A stretch of 64,000 bases of DNA from an uncultured virus (IMG/VR IMGVR_UViG_3300006128_000010) (IMGVR_UViG_3300006128_000010); one strand, 5' to 3'. Shown: positions 1-9,955, numbered from the stretch's first letter. Numbers and translations: made by a program. The notes: generated by a model not told the origin, from the letters alone.

Positions 1-139
1 CTTGAGCCTCAATAGCATCAGCGGCTTTAAGCGCATCTTCTGGGTCAACCGTAGGCGCCATTTCCACACATTTCAATGTGTCTCGGGCAGCAATACCGTC
101 ACGACGCAATCTCTCAACAAGGTCTGAATAGTCAGTCAT
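1..139 (-). CDS. hypothetical early protein (partial, runs off window)
   Basis: ATG at 139 (MTDYSDLVERLRRDG...) with GGGGAG SD and upstream early promoter. Confidence 0.6.
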   Translation of the reverse strand, partial: MTDYSDLVERLRRDGIAARDTLKCVEMAPTVDPEDALKAADAIEAQ

Positions 140-164
140 ATCATGCTCCCCTGTTTATGAGTTT

Positions 165-192
165 ATAATAGCACCTTTGCGGGTGTTGTCAA
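165..192 (-). promoter_or_regulatory. sigma70-type early promoter
   Basis: TTGACA-N16-TATTAT preceded by TGC; same layout recurs at 409, 2347, 2596, 2836, 23937. Confidence 0.75.
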
Positions 193-383
193 TAGGACCC
201 AATACCTCTGCGGACTTTGCGTTTAGGAGCAGCAGGTTTACGCTTGCTGATGTTTACATTTAGAAACTCTACAAGCAGGGCATCCATCATAGCATCACGC
301 TGGGCAGGGTCGTTGGTCTTGAGAACCTGGGCTAATTGGGGTGCTGCTCTATCTAGGAACTTATCCATTGCCTTAGAAGACAT
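189..383 (-). CDS. small basic-tailed early protein, copy 1
   Basis: near-identical paralog at 2620-2811; own promoter and GGAG SD. Confidence 0.8.
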   Translation of the reverse strand: MSSKAMDKFLDRAAPQLAQVLKTNDPAQRDAMMDALLVEFLNVNISKRKPAAPKRKVRRGIGSY

Positions 384-408
384 TTAACTCTCCTTTGTTT
401 ATGAGTAT

Positions 409-436
409 ATAATAGCATCTTATGCTGACTAGTCAA
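409..436 (-). promoter_or_regulatory. early promoter
   Basis: TTGACT-N16-TATTAT followed by ATAAACAAAGGAG leader. Confidence 0.75.
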
Positions 437-465
437 CCGTTATTTTTGGTGTTGTAAGTCGTTGA

Positions 466-651
466 TTATTTTAGCCATTCTTTGTGGTATTTTATCAATG
501 TTTCTACTATCTGACCAGCATCTGCTGAGCCAAGCGTGTTTACATCTAGCATACCGTTTACATACGAGACTGGACTTAGATTGCGTTTGGTAGCGTATTC
601 TACAGCAAGATCAATCAGCGTCTGGACTCTCTGCTCTGTCAGCTCTGACAT
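466..651 (-). CDS. hypothetical protein
   Basis: ORF; likely start MSELTEQ at 651 with GGAG SD. Confidence 0.6.
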   Translation of the reverse strand: MSELTEQRVQTLIDLAVEYATKRNLSPVSYVNGMLDVNTLGSADAGQIVETLIKYHKEWLK

Positions 652-865
652 TTTGAATACTCCGCTCGTTATGTCTCCAAACATAGTAGCACACTCCTGC
701 AACTACTGCAAGAGTCGTCCATGGCTCTGGTGGTACTAAAAATCCCAGATCTGGACCACACTCATAAGCATATGCACAGGCTTCATTCCAATCTTGAAGA
801 TATTGATCAAGGGCAGTTGTCACAGCTAAATCTCCCTGTTTTTGGATATTTATTGCATCGCACAA
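611..865 (-). CDS. hypothetical protein
   Basis: ORF co-oriented in the small-gene array; overlaps next gene. Confidence 0.35.
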   Translation of the reverse strand: MCDAINIQKQGDLAVTTALDQYLQDWNEACAYAYECGPDLGFLVPPEPWTTLAVVAGVCYYVWRHNERSIQNVRADRAESPDAD

Positions 866-894
866 ATTTAGCTGAGTTTGGTGCAGTTGTCAAG

Positions 895-1140
895 TTATTC
901 TTCAATTTCTTTAACTGCTGCCTCTACAGCTTTTTCTACCCGATCGATAGCTGAGTTGTCGCCGGGGAATAATTCTTTACTCAAGGCAATTATAAATCTC
1001 ATGTTTTGAACTTCTTCTTCAGCGAGAATCTGTTGCTCTATTCGGTTGAGGTGTTCTTGTTCTAATTCTTCAGGTGTCTTGCCATTGACTAACGGTTCCT
1101 TAGGGACCGGCATGAGTTTATTAAATAACCAATTTATCAT
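895..1140 (-). CDS. hypothetical protein
   Basis: 81-aa ORF, tightly packed, SD present. Confidence 0.65.
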   Translation of the reverse strand: MINWLFNKLMPVPKEPLVNGKTPEELEQEHLNRIEQQILAEEEVQNMRFIIALSKELFPGDNSAIDRVEKAVEAAVKEIEE

Positions 1141-1144
1141 TTTA

Positions 1145-1402
1145 TTATTCCTCCATGATTGCTTTGAGCAAATCTTCTTTAAATCCTGTAGCTATGATCA
1201 TTTTCTGTAACAGTTTGATCTTTTCTGCTGCTATTTCCACAATCTGCCAATCCTCTAAACCTTCCGGACCACTATCTATGCCCCATAACGCAGTAGCAAG
1301 ATCGCCCATGGGCAAATCCATTTTAGATTGATAATCTTCATCTGGTAGTTTGTTTTCAACAACAAACGGCCAGACATCTACTTTACTATCAACTTCAGAC
1401 AT
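1145..1402 (-). CDS. hypothetical protein
   Basis: 85-aa acidic ORF, tightly packed. Confidence 0.65.
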   Translation of the reverse strand: MSEVDSKVDVWPFVVENKLPDEDYQSKMDLPMGDLATALWGIDSGPEGLEDWQIVEIAAEKIKLLQKMIIATGFKEDLLKAIMEE

Positions 1403-1414
1403 TCACAACCCCTA

Positions 1415-1648
1415 TCACTTGTTGAATACTGGTTTTGTATCACTCTCTACACACTCATGCACAATGTTTTCTCGTTTGATACCCGGATACTGTGCTTGAA
1501 GTTTAGCCAAATAATCAGGTTTTGTAAACACTGCATCTGCACGTTTTTCAAAGTCAGGTAGGTATGCTGTACAAGCATTCCAGTCGGGCATGGGCCCAAC
1601 TACTGCCGATAAGACACCCATGATCTTAATGGTTAAGAATGCTTTCAT
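1415..1648 (-). CDS. hypothetical protein
   Basis: 77-aa ORF, GGAG SD. Confidence 0.65.
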   Translation of the reverse strand: MKAFLTIKIMGVLSAVVGPMPDWNACTAYLPDFEKRADAVFTKPDYLAKLQAQYPGIKRENIVHECVESDTKPVFNK

Positions 1649-1660
1649 TATACTCTCCTG

Positions 1661-2320
1661 TTACAAGATCCGCACACGGTTGAGTTGCGTAATACCATCA
1701 TCGCGGTGTGCTTTGATTGTGCCTTTAAACGCTATTGTAACACCATCCTCCAGCTTATTGCGATATGCAAAGAACATTACATTGGTACCAAACTGTGCAG
1801 TAACATAGTGGGTACCCCACTTCTCACTGTAACGGCTTTCAATTACAGTGGCGTTGCCGACAACCTTTTCACCAATTTTGCCAAAATGGTTGCTACCAAA
1901 AGTGGCTTCTTGCTTCTTAACTCGCTGCTCGTCGCGCTTCTGTCCGCGAACATAGCCTTCTGGAAGGAATGCAACTGTAGCAAGTCCCAACCAATCATTG
2001 GCTGCAAACTCTGTACGGTTGGCTAATTCTATAGCCTGTGTGGTAAACTGATTAGCAGTACCTGACAGCACTTCCATCATCTTGTTGCGCCAGTAGGTGC
2101 GCACAACTTCTGCTTGAGTGCGATCTTCATTCGTAATGGATTCTGGAGCAAACAGGATATCGCGCATTATTACCTTATTAGGGTACGTAACAGTGTTTGT
2201 ATCTTCGGTAATTTCTGGCTCTTTAAGGTACTTGCCGTTAATACGCAGAGCTGCACACGCCGCAGCCCACACAAGGTTCGCATCAATCATAGGAACTTCA
2301 GCAGCTTTACGTTTAGCCAT
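1661..2320 (-). CDS. phage protein with probable C-terminal OB-fold
   Basis: C-terminal beta-rich pattern HFGKIGEK...KGTIKAH...TQLNRV. Confidence 0.6.
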   Translation of the reverse strand: MAKRKAAEVPMIDANLVWAAACAALRINGKYLKEPEITEDTNTVTYPNKVIMRDILFAPESITNEDRTQAEVVRTYWRNKMMEVLSGTANQFTTQAIELANRTEFAANDWLGLATVAFLPEGYVRGQKRDEQRVKKQEATFGSNHFGKIGEKVVGNATVIESRYSEKWGTHYVTAQFGTNVMFFAYRNKLEDGVTIAFKGTIKAHRDDGITQLNRVRIL

Positions 2321-2336
2321 GTCATTGCTCCTTTGT

Positions 2337-2570
2337 TTATGCTGTTACTTTAGCAGACTTTGCCACATTGTCAACCAGGTCACCGTTGATGTCAAATGGG
2401 AACTCACAAGCCTTATCTAATGCCATGCGAGTGATATAGAGATTGTCGGGATCTTCATCAGCCTCTAGATAGCGGATACGAGCACGACGGGCACGATCGA
2501 TGGTAGTAAATAAACCCAGCAACTCGTCAAAGTGCCCGGCTCGGTACCACACTCCGTATACATTTGACAT
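2337..2570 (-). CDS. hypothetical early protein
   Basis: own promoter (2596-2623) and GGAGG SD. Confidence 0.7.
   Translation of the reverse strand: MSNVYGVWYRAGHFDELLGLFTTIDRARRARIRYLEADEDPDNLYITRMALDKACEFPFDINGDLVDNVAKSAKVTA
2347..2374 (-). promoter_or_regulatory. early promoter
   Basis: TTGACA-N16-TAAAGT then ATAAACAAAGGAG. Confidence 0.7.
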
Positions 2571-2595
2571 AGTAGCCTCCTTTGTTTATAAGTTT

Positions 2596-2623
2596 ACTAT
2601 AGCACCATTGTGGGTATTGTCAA
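2596..2623 (-). promoter_or_regulatory. early promoter
   Basis: TTGACA-N16-TATAGT. Confidence 0.75.
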
Positions 2624-2811
2624 TAGGACCCGATACCTCTGCGGACTTTGCGTTTAGGTGCAGCAGGTTTACGCTTACTGCTGTTTACATTCAGGAACTC
2701 TACAAGCAGAGCATCTATCGCAGCGTCACGCTGGGCGGGGTCGTTGCTCTTGAGAGCTTGGGTGAATTGGGGTGCTGCTCTATCTAGGAACTTATCCATC
2801 GCCTTTGACAT
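2620..2811 (-). CDS. small basic-tailed early protein, copy 2
   Basis: paralog of 189-383; start MSKAMDKF at 2811. Confidence 0.8.
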   Translation of the reverse strand: MSKAMDKFLDRAAPQFTQALKSNDPAQRDAAIDALLVEFLNVNSSKRKPAAPKRKVRRGIGSY

Positions 2812-2835
2812 CGTATACTCCTTTGTTATGTGCTT

Positions 2836-2863
2836 ATAATAGCACAATTAACCGGGTTGTCAA
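2836..2863 (-). promoter_or_regulatory. early promoter
   Basis: TTGACA-N16-TATTAT. Confidence 0.75.
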
Positions 2864-2907
2864 TCGAAATCTGTATGTAAACAAGGGTGTTATAAGTCAT
2901 TGATTTC

Positions 2908-2946
2908 AAAAAAATAGCCGGATCTACCACCATAATGACCCGGCTA
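2908..2946 (-). terminator. intrinsic terminator
   Basis: TAGCCGG/CCGGCTA stem followed by T7 on minus strand. Confidence 0.65.
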
Positions 2947-2971
2947 CTGAGCTTGATTTTATGTTATTATG

Positions 2972-3676
2972 TTAATTTGGATCTCTAAAAGCTATACGGC
3001 TTGCAGGGTACCAAACAGTCTTAACTCTATTGCTGGTATTACCTGCTATAACGCTGACGTACTTGCGTCCGTTACGATAGGAAGTACCTGCAACAAATCC
3101 CACATGATGTGGCATTACCGCAATGTCACCAGCATTACCATTTGATGGTGTACCATAACGGTAGAAACTTCTAGCCATATTGCTACCAGTTCCTCTATGA
3201 CCACTTTGACGTAGAACTGCATTAGCCCATGCTGCACACCAAGGGGTGCGAGCTGGATCAACACCAAGTGTTCGCGTTAACGAACCGCGATTACCACGCT
3301 CGCTCATGCCCATATATGCCTGGGCACGAGACAATACGTTAGAACCACCGCTCCAGCCCCATGAATCAGTTGACTCAGATTCTGGTGCAGCATAACGTGC
3401 ATGTCTTGATGCTTTGCGTGTTGCTCTGGTTGTTGGCTGTTCATTGGTATATCCATTTACTGGATCCCAGCCAGTAGACGCAGTTGCGTTACTGTTTGAA
3501 CAATCACCAAACAAGTCAGTGCATTGTGCCTGTGGTGCAGCGACACGACCAGCGTGTCGCGCATAATGATGGCCATGATAGGGCCTTGCCTGTACTTCTG
3601 TTGCAAATGCTGCAAGACCAAATAGTCCCACAACTGCTACAAAGGTACTCATAAGGCTTCTCTTGCCTGTCTTCAT
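2972..3676 (-). CDS. secreted NlpC/P60-CHAP-type peptidoglycan hydrolase (TIGR02594-like)
   Basis: signal peptide (…TEVQA|RP); TPWCAAW, GDIAV, HHVGFV, IAGN motifs. Confidence 0.85.
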   Translation of the reverse strand: MKTGKRSLMSTFVAVVGLFGLAAFATEVQARPYHGHHYARHAGRVAAPQAQCTDLFGDCSNSNATASTGWDPVNGYTNEQPTTRATRKASRHARYAAPESESTDSWGWSGGSNVLSRAQAYMGMSERGNRGSLTRTLGVDPARTPWCAAWANAVLRQSGHRGTGSNMARSFYRYGTPSNGNAGDIAVMPHHVGFVAGTSYRNGRKYVSVIAGNTSNRVKTVWYPASRIAFRDPN

Positions 3677-3927
3677 TTCACTCTCCTCAATTTTAAAGCC
3701 GCGGAATTGCGACGCAGAATCTCTTGGTGGGTGAGATTCAAAGAGGTAGAACTAATTCGCGTGTTAGTCTACCCAAAGATGTTGTCTTGCCATCGATCAA
3801 CATCTGTGCAGGCTTGTGTATATCCTTTGTTTAACCCGCACACACTGCATAAAACACTGAAAAAACAGCAATCTATGCAAGAGCTCGTTGGATATTTACC
3901 ATCTCAATGAGCTCATTAACTACTATA

Positions 3928-4890
3928 TTAACAATTCACAGTCTCATACACAATCTTCTTGCCGTGTTTCCTCATTACAAAATTCTTGATTTTTAATTCA
4001 TTTCTGGAATCTAAATCAGCCACCGTAAGACTTTTTGCAAACTCTTCAACTTGATGTGTACTAAACCCTGTGATGTGATTTTGATCTAAAATATGTAGAA
4101 GTAAATTCTTTAATCTACGTCTGGATAATAATTTGACCTTACGCCAATCTAACGATCCGTCACTGTTAGAACATGACTCTAAATCAATACGTGCCAGATC
4201 CTGTGTCAGTTCCCAACCCTCGTTAATCAACGCAATAGAGCGATGTAGGTTAATGTCTGCGATCTCATTGCGTTCTATAATCACAGGCCATAACTCATGT
4301 CTGATCCAATTACGATCAAAATTTGTATCCATATTACTAGCATCTTCAATATTGGGAACCAGATTATCTGCAGCATAATTTTTAATTCTATCCTTGTCCC
4401 AATTCAACAAAGGTCTTACTAATAATACCTGTGGATCGATCCAACTTGGTCCAGTTTTGGTCATACAGCGTAGGCCTTTTAATCCACTGCCTCGGAATAA
4501 TTTTAAGAAAAAGGTTTCGCATTGATCGTCAGAATGGTGAGCAAGTACAATCATATCAGAGTGTTGCTCAGTAAATGCTTGATATCTAGCCTGTCTGGCT
4601 GCACGTTCTAAATTGTTTCCAAACTGCTTGACATCTACTCGCACAACTTCACAGGGAATAGATCTTTCAATACAGTAATCTTCAACAAACTTGGCCCAAG
4701 TTGCTGAATTTGGAGAAATTTGATGATCCACATGTAACACCTTGAAATCTTTTTGAAAATAATTGCGATTTCTGTGTAAAATGTCAACTAGTACCATGCT
4801 ATCAACACCGCCACTGACTCCAACAATGATTTTTTTGCCCGGTGCTAGTAGTTCTCGTAATTCTTTTAACTCATGCGGCTGCATTAACAC
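3928..4890 (-). CDS. tilS: tRNA(Ile) lysidine synthetase
   Basis: SGGVDS PP-loop, VDH, ERAARQARY, AHHSDDQCET, RG.G..GL, RPLL, D.SN, RNWIRH. Confidence 0.93.
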   Translation of the reverse strand: MLMQPHELKELRELLAPGKKIIVGVSGGVDSMVLVDILHRNRNYFQKDFKVLHVDHQISPNSATWAKFVEDYCIERSIPCEVVRVDVKQFGNNLERAARQARYQAFTEQHSDMIVLAHHSDDQCETFFLKLFRGSGLKGLRCMTKTGPSWIDPQVLLVRPLLNWDKDRIKNYAADNLVPNIEDASNMDTNFDRNWIRHELWPVIIERNEIADINLHRSIALINEGWELTQDLARIDLESCSNSDGSLDWRKVKLLSRRRLKNLLLHILDQNHITGFSTHQVEEFAKSLTVADLDSRNELKIKNFVMRKHGKKIVYETVNC

Positions 4891-4948
4891 TATTCCTATT
4901 GAAATTAACTAGTATTAACTTATAACCTATTGTATTGATTGTCAATGC

Positions 4949-5398
4949 CTAGACCAGAGACTCTAACCATTCATGTAGAATTTCAGCTGACTTATCGCTG
5001 TTTAACATGGCATCTAGTCCCCAATGCAGGGGAGTTGGAAGGTCGTCTAACCCGCACCATTTATATTCAGCAGACTCCCAATCAAGTATTGGCTTGAATT
5101 GTTTTTCAACTTGAACTGCATAGACTTTGTAAATGCTCATTGGCCACTCGGTCTTGAGAGCATAAATCATTTTCATAGGACAATCAGCAACATCATAGTT
5201 GATTTCTTCAAGGGTTTCTCTGATTGCTGTGGTTACATAGTCTTCTCTGGCAGATCCTCTACCACCAGGTATGCCCCAGGTATGCGGATTGTCCACATAT
5301 TCACCGCGGAGAACAAACAACCAATTGTTGGTATCACGAGCGTGTATAAGACAACCTGCTGCTCTGTGTATATCTGGATTCAAGTCACTTGCTCTCAT
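4949..5398 (-). CDS. Nudix hydrolase
   Basis: WGIPGG...A.RETLEEI Nudix box; LHWG. Confidence 0.88.
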   Translation of the reverse strand: MRASDLNPDIHRAAGCLIHARDTNNWLFVLRGEYVDNPHTWGIPGGRGSAREDYVTTAIRETLEEINYDVADCPMKMIYALKTEWPMSIYKVYAVQVEKQFKPILDWESAEYKWCGLDDLPTPLHWGLDAMLNSDKSAEILHEWLESLV

Positions 5399-5403
5399 AC
5401 TGA

Positions 5404-5411
5404 TATTTATA
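5404..5411 (-). promoter_or_regulatory. T4-like late promoter
   Basis: TATAAATA 5 nt upstream of ATG. Confidence 0.65.
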
Positions 5412-5418
5412 GAATTAT

Positions 5419-6789
5419 TTAACGATCTATCTTTGGCAGTTTCTTTAGTGCTTGCAACTCACTCTTATAAATTGCTCGTTGTCTGGTGGGATCACCCAGT
5501 ATGTCTTGGTAGTCTGCAATAGTAGCTGTCAACTCTGCAATGCGCTTGGCTATTTCATCATATGCATCCCGGGCCCAGCGATAGCTGGGTAGACTTGCAA
5601 TACGTTCTATTTGATCATCATCAAGTGGTATCTTAGCCTTGTTACATATGGTTTTAATTTGTTCAACTACTTCTGCTTTATTCTGGGCCGTGGGTAGAAA
5701 CTTGGGCAAGTTCTTGTCAATACACTCTTTAAGTGCCAAGTTGAAACACAGTGTATAGGTAGCATCTGCAACTAACTTTTCATAACGAGTTACATACCAA
5801 CCCAATCGCCAAGCCACAAACTCTGTTAACAGTATTTCTGCATCTTCATACTGCTTGATACTATCACCGTCCCAGTCAAGAACAACCAATCGTTCAGTTG
5901 TTTTACTCTTGAGTTTGAAGAATTCGATTGCTTTATCTTCTGTCCAACCGTTAATAGTGCCACGCTTGAACCGTACTTCAATCTTGATCTCTTTTGTACT
6001 GCGATCAATGTAAGTTTGTATTTGATCATCGTCTTCCATTTTGTTAAGACGTGCTTTGAATTTTTCTAGTGTTAGATCAGGTGGCAATTCTTCAACCCAA
6101 ACTGTGCTGCCGTCTAGTCTGACTTTACCAGTAAACTCCCAGGCATTGCCGCCCAGGTTACGAGTCTTACAATCAAGGTAATCATATGTTGGAATCAGTC
6201 GATCAAACTTCTTACCGTCTAATACCTTAATACATGATTCAATTAGATCTTCTAACTTGCGTGGTAGTATTTCTGTACTCCAACCCACAGCAATACCACT
6301 AATACCATTTAATAGCACCAGAGGTACAAGCGGTAAGAAGTTCTTGGGTTCTAATACTGAACCATCATAGTTTTCTTTTAGTGGAATAATATCGTAGTCA
6401 GGATATATTAGTGCCTCTGTTATGCCGTTCTTTTTGAGATAGGTATAACGAGGAGCACCCCAATCAGTAGGTCCAACCTTGGTACCAAATGCACCAATGC
6501 CTTGCAAGAACGGGACATTATTACAGTACGTAGCAGCCATTAAACTTAAAGTATCAGCAGCACTTGCGTCACCATGGAGGTAACAACCGCTTGATATCAT
6601 TGATCCTGCTAAAGAAATAGTTTTAATTTTTTCACTAATTGGTTTAATAACAAATAAAGCTTTACGTTGTGCATCTTTAAGACCATCACTGATACTAGGA
6701 ATGCCGCGGTTTTGGCATACATATATGGAATATTCCCGACTAGTAGTTTTAATATAATCTGTAGTATCCTGGTACATTGTTATTGTCAT
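5419..6789 (-). CDS. type II topoisomerase breakage-reunion subunit (gp52/GyrA-like)
   Basis: DGLK..QRK, YLHGD, APRY catalytic Tyr, LLNG.SGIAVG. Confidence 0.95.
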   Translation of the reverse strand: MTITMYQDTTDYIKTTSREYSIYVCQNRGIPSISDGLKDAQRKALFVIKPISEKIKTISLAGSMISSGCYLHGDASAADTLSLMAATYCNNVPFLQGIGAFGTKVGPTDWGAPRYTYLKKNGITEALIYPDYDIIPLKENYDGSVLEPKNFLPLVPLVLLNGISGIAVGWSTEILPRKLEDLIESCIKVLDGKKFDRLIPTYDYLDCKTRNLGGNAWEFTGKVRLDGSTVWVEELPPDLTLEKFKARLNKMEDDDQIQTYIDRSTKEIKIEVRFKRGTINGWTEDKAIEFFKLKSKTTERLVVLDWDGDSIKQYEDAEILLTEFVAWRLGWYVTRYEKLVADATYTLCFNLALKECIDKNLPKFLPTAQNKAEVVEQIKTICNKAKIPLDDDQIERIASLPSYRWARDAYDEIAKRIAELTATIADYQDILGDPTRQRAIYKSELQALKKLPKIDR

Positions 6790-7670
6790 GTTGCTGATGC
6801 CTTTTTACAATTATCTCCGTGCCATCTTGTATAATTTCCTAAATTTGTTTCTATTCCGCAGTGTGGGCATACCTTACGAGCATTTCGAGCCCGCAATCCA
6901 GGACCACATTTTTCAAGTCGCTGTTCAGGTGTCATAGAGTCCCAATTTGCTTTTACAATTTTAGAGCGTCGTTCATAGTACAGTTCTTTTTCTTTTTCAG
7001 TAAAATCTTTCATTGCCATTCGTTCTTTAAATTTCTCTCTGCCGTGTTGCCAGGATTCTAAATTCGGATATTGTTTAGCCAACTTAGCTATTTTTACCTT
7101 CCATGCAACTTGTTTATCTGTTAAACCATTGTTTCTTTCTTTTTGTTCTGCTATCTCTTGTTCTAGTAATCGTGTTTTACATTCAGGATTATAATTAATA
7201 TGTTTTACTGTATTATTTAGAACATCTGGATGATTTATAGATAATTTTTTAATGCTACCGTCTGGATATCTATAAATTGCCATACCTGATCGTCCAGTTG
7301 ACTTATGTAGTCCTGCTTGATGATTTTGAAACCGAGTTTTGCGAGCCTTTTGTAATATCTCAGGTGTTTTTACAATATAATTGCCTTTATTACCGTTATA
7401 ACCATTGGGCCATAATGTTCCTAAATATTCTATGTAAAATTCCTCCTGAGTTTTAAAATATAAATCATCCTGATTGCCTTCTTCTAACAACTCGACTACA
7501 AAATCTTCAACAGTTGCGCTACCTGATTTTAACTCATTCCATAAATAAACTCCGCCTTTACCGGTCATATGCTCCTGAAATCGTTTAAGATAATCTTTAT
7601 CTCTTGCTATGACTATTCCAATGTAAGACTTGTTATTCTTAATATTTGTAATTTTATAAACTTGTTTCAT
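6786..7670 (-). mobile_element. free-standing GIY-YIG homing endonuclease
   Basis: VYKITN..NNKSYIG, R..EH, E..YI, GYN; C-terminal CPHC...RWHGDNC; lies between the topoisomerase genes. Confidence 0.85.
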
Positions 7671-7729
7671 GATTTTCCTTATCGCTAGTATAATTATAAT
7701 ATATATTTGCACTGCGATAAATTTTATTT

Positions 7730-9616
7730 TTAATTAATTTTATTATCTAAGCTAATCCACTCCTTGCGATTATCAGCCCTTGCTGAATTAAATATCAAAT
7801 CCAGTGCCTCACCTAATTTACCATCATCTGTGATAGGAATCAACTGAGGTACCTTTAAACTGTGTATCCAATCTTCTTCTTCAAGACTACCCAGGCCCTT
7901 GGCTCTGGTCGGCTTTGGACAGTTTTTCCAATCCTTAGGATCATACTCGTGATAGTTGTGAGCATACCAGTAGTGACGTTTCTTGGCCTTCTCCTGAATA
8001 ATAAAAGGAGTTTGAAATGCATAAAAGTAGGGTTCCTGTTTGGGATCAAACAACTCCGGCCAATACAAATAAAAGAAGTTGATCAACAATGCAGTAATGT
8101 TAGCACCGTCTGGATCCTGATCCGCTGCCAAGTATACTTTACCGTAGCGTAGATCTTTGCGTTCAGCTCGTTGGCCTAACACACAACCAATACTGGTCAT
8201 TAGATCCTGTATGATTTGATTTTCTACAATGTCCTTGGGTGCTTCGCCACGTACGTTTAGAATCTTACCACGTAGGGGTAAAGCGCCATGTACTTCTGGA
8301 TCACGTACAGCACTTATCATTCCTTTAGCAGAATCACCTTCTGTAATAATAAGAATACAAGTGGATCTGTCTTTACCATTGGCATCTAGTAATTTTGGTA
8401 CTTTGTTACGCATGAGCTTGCGACCAATCTTGGCCAAGTCTGCGTCATCTCGTTTTTGTGTTCTAGCTGCACACCTTGCGTAGATTTCGTCAATCCACGG
8501 CTTGTGCTTTTTGATAATGTCCTTAAACACTTCCTCATTATCGAAGTATGCTTTGATATAACTGTCAACATTCTCATTAATGAGTCTGGATTTAGATTGT
8601 GAGTCAAAGTCTGGAGAAAACATAGTCGTCACGTTATAAATTAACAACCCCTCGCTGATGTCAGACCGATTAGGAGTTAATCCTCGACGTTTGCTTTCAC
8701 GTTCTAGTGCTCGAATAAGCCCGCTATAGAACATTCTCTTGAATGTATCAATATGAGTACCGCCATTGAACGCAGGAATATCATTTACAGTGGTATGTAT
8801 ATACTCGCCGTCTTTGGCAAAGTTACTCACAAGATAGAACGCACTATTAAAGTTCTTATCATCGACGCTTAGTTTAATAACTTCTTTGTCATTAAAGAAT
8901 GTGCGTTCAATTGAGTGCTTGACCATAATACGTTCGCCATTGAACGTAAATTTAACCCTGGGATGGTTAGCGGCTATTTCATGTATACGTGCTTGCATAA
9001 ATGCCAAAGGTAACTTGGCATTTTTAAACACAGTCTTGCTTAATTTAAATTTAACTTGTGTTCCGCTATGACCACCGTTCTTGGTAATCTTTGGTTCATT
9101 GATTATTAATTCTGGAAATAGGTCGGATCCTTCTTTGAACTCTTGTATAAACTTCTTGCCGTCACGATGTATTTCTAAATGAAACCATTCAGAGCAGTTT
9201 ACAACCGTGCTTGCACCAATGCCGTTGGTACCACGTACTTCTTGACGATCACCAAAGTTACGACCAGCTCGGGCTTGTGTTAGTGCCAGTGTAGCTTTGT
9301 GTATACGTTCATTCTCATCCCAGTCAATTGGAATACCGCGACCATCATCAGTAACTGAGAACACCATTTCTTTTGGTTCAAAGGTTATGTCAATCTTGGA
9401 ACCTTTCTTGTGACCGATTACCTCGTCCAGTGCATTATCTAGTAGCTCTCTAAATGCACAATAAACAGCAGGTGTCCAGGTTAGATCCATTGGCAGTAAT
9501 TTGGTTCCATTCCAATGTACTATGTTTTGTGTATGAGCAGTTCTACTGCCCAGGTACATTTCTGTACGTTTGCGATGATGTTGGTAATCTGTGAGTTTGA
9601 TAATTTCTTCTGACAT
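7730..9616 (-). CDS. type II topoisomerase ATPase/TOPRIM subunit (gp39+60/GyrB-like)
   Basis: ELLDNALDE, DDGRGIP, GTNGIG, EGDSA, PLRGKILN, DQDPDG, KGLGS. Confidence 0.95.
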   Translation of the reverse strand: MSEEIIKLTDYQHHRKRTEMYLGSRTAHTQNIVHWNGTKLLPMDLTWTPAVYCAFRELLDNALDEVIGHKKGSKIDITFEPKEMVFSVTDDGRGIPIDWDENERIHKATLALTQARAGRNFGDRQEVRGTNGIGASTVVNCSEWFHLEIHRDGKKFIQEFKEGSDLFPELIINEPKITKNGGHSGTQVKFKLSKTVFKNAKLPLAFMQARIHEIAANHPRVKFTFNGERIMVKHSIERTFFNDKEVIKLSVDDKNFNSAFYLVSNFAKDGEYIHTTVNDIPAFNGGTHIDTFKRMFYSGLIRALERESKRRGLTPNRSDISEGLLIYNVTTMFSPDFDSQSKSRLINENVDSYIKAYFDNEEVFKDIIKKHKPWIDEIYARCAARTQKRDDADLAKIGRKLMRNKVPKLLDANGKDRSTCILIITEGDSAKGMISAVRDPEVHGALPLRGKILNVRGEAPKDIVENQIIQDLMTSIGCVLGQRAERKDLRYGKVYLAADQDPDGANITALLINFFYLYWPELFDPKQEPYFYAFQTPFIIQEKAKKRHYWYAHNYHEYDPKDWKNCPKPTRAKGLGSLEEEDWIHSLKVPQLIPITDDGKLGEALDLIFNSARADNRKEWISLDNKIN

Positions 9617-9955
9617 GACAGTTGTTAGTTATACCTTTTATCAGTAACTTGTACAATATAGTACTTTAACTTCGATTAATTTATTTGTCATCTGAAAAGA
9701 TTGAAGCGATGCTGTAACTGTACAACATCGCTTCTTTCGAGTTAATAAGGTTAATATATTACGAGTTTTTACAAAAATAATTAAGTTAAATTTCAATCAA
9801 TTCAACGCATACACGTGGCTGATTGAATAATACAAAAATAATTTACGCTACAATAAGTTTCATCAAACATCACTTGATATCAACTGTTTGTCTGGTTAAT
9901 ACCAAGCAATGTTATTTATAGTACCATTCAGTGGCATTAACTGTCAAGTTTAAAG

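Noticed and set aside
3707..3910. 67-aa plus-strand ORF
   Set aside because: TTG start, no SD, overlaps hairpin-rich leader on the opposite strand
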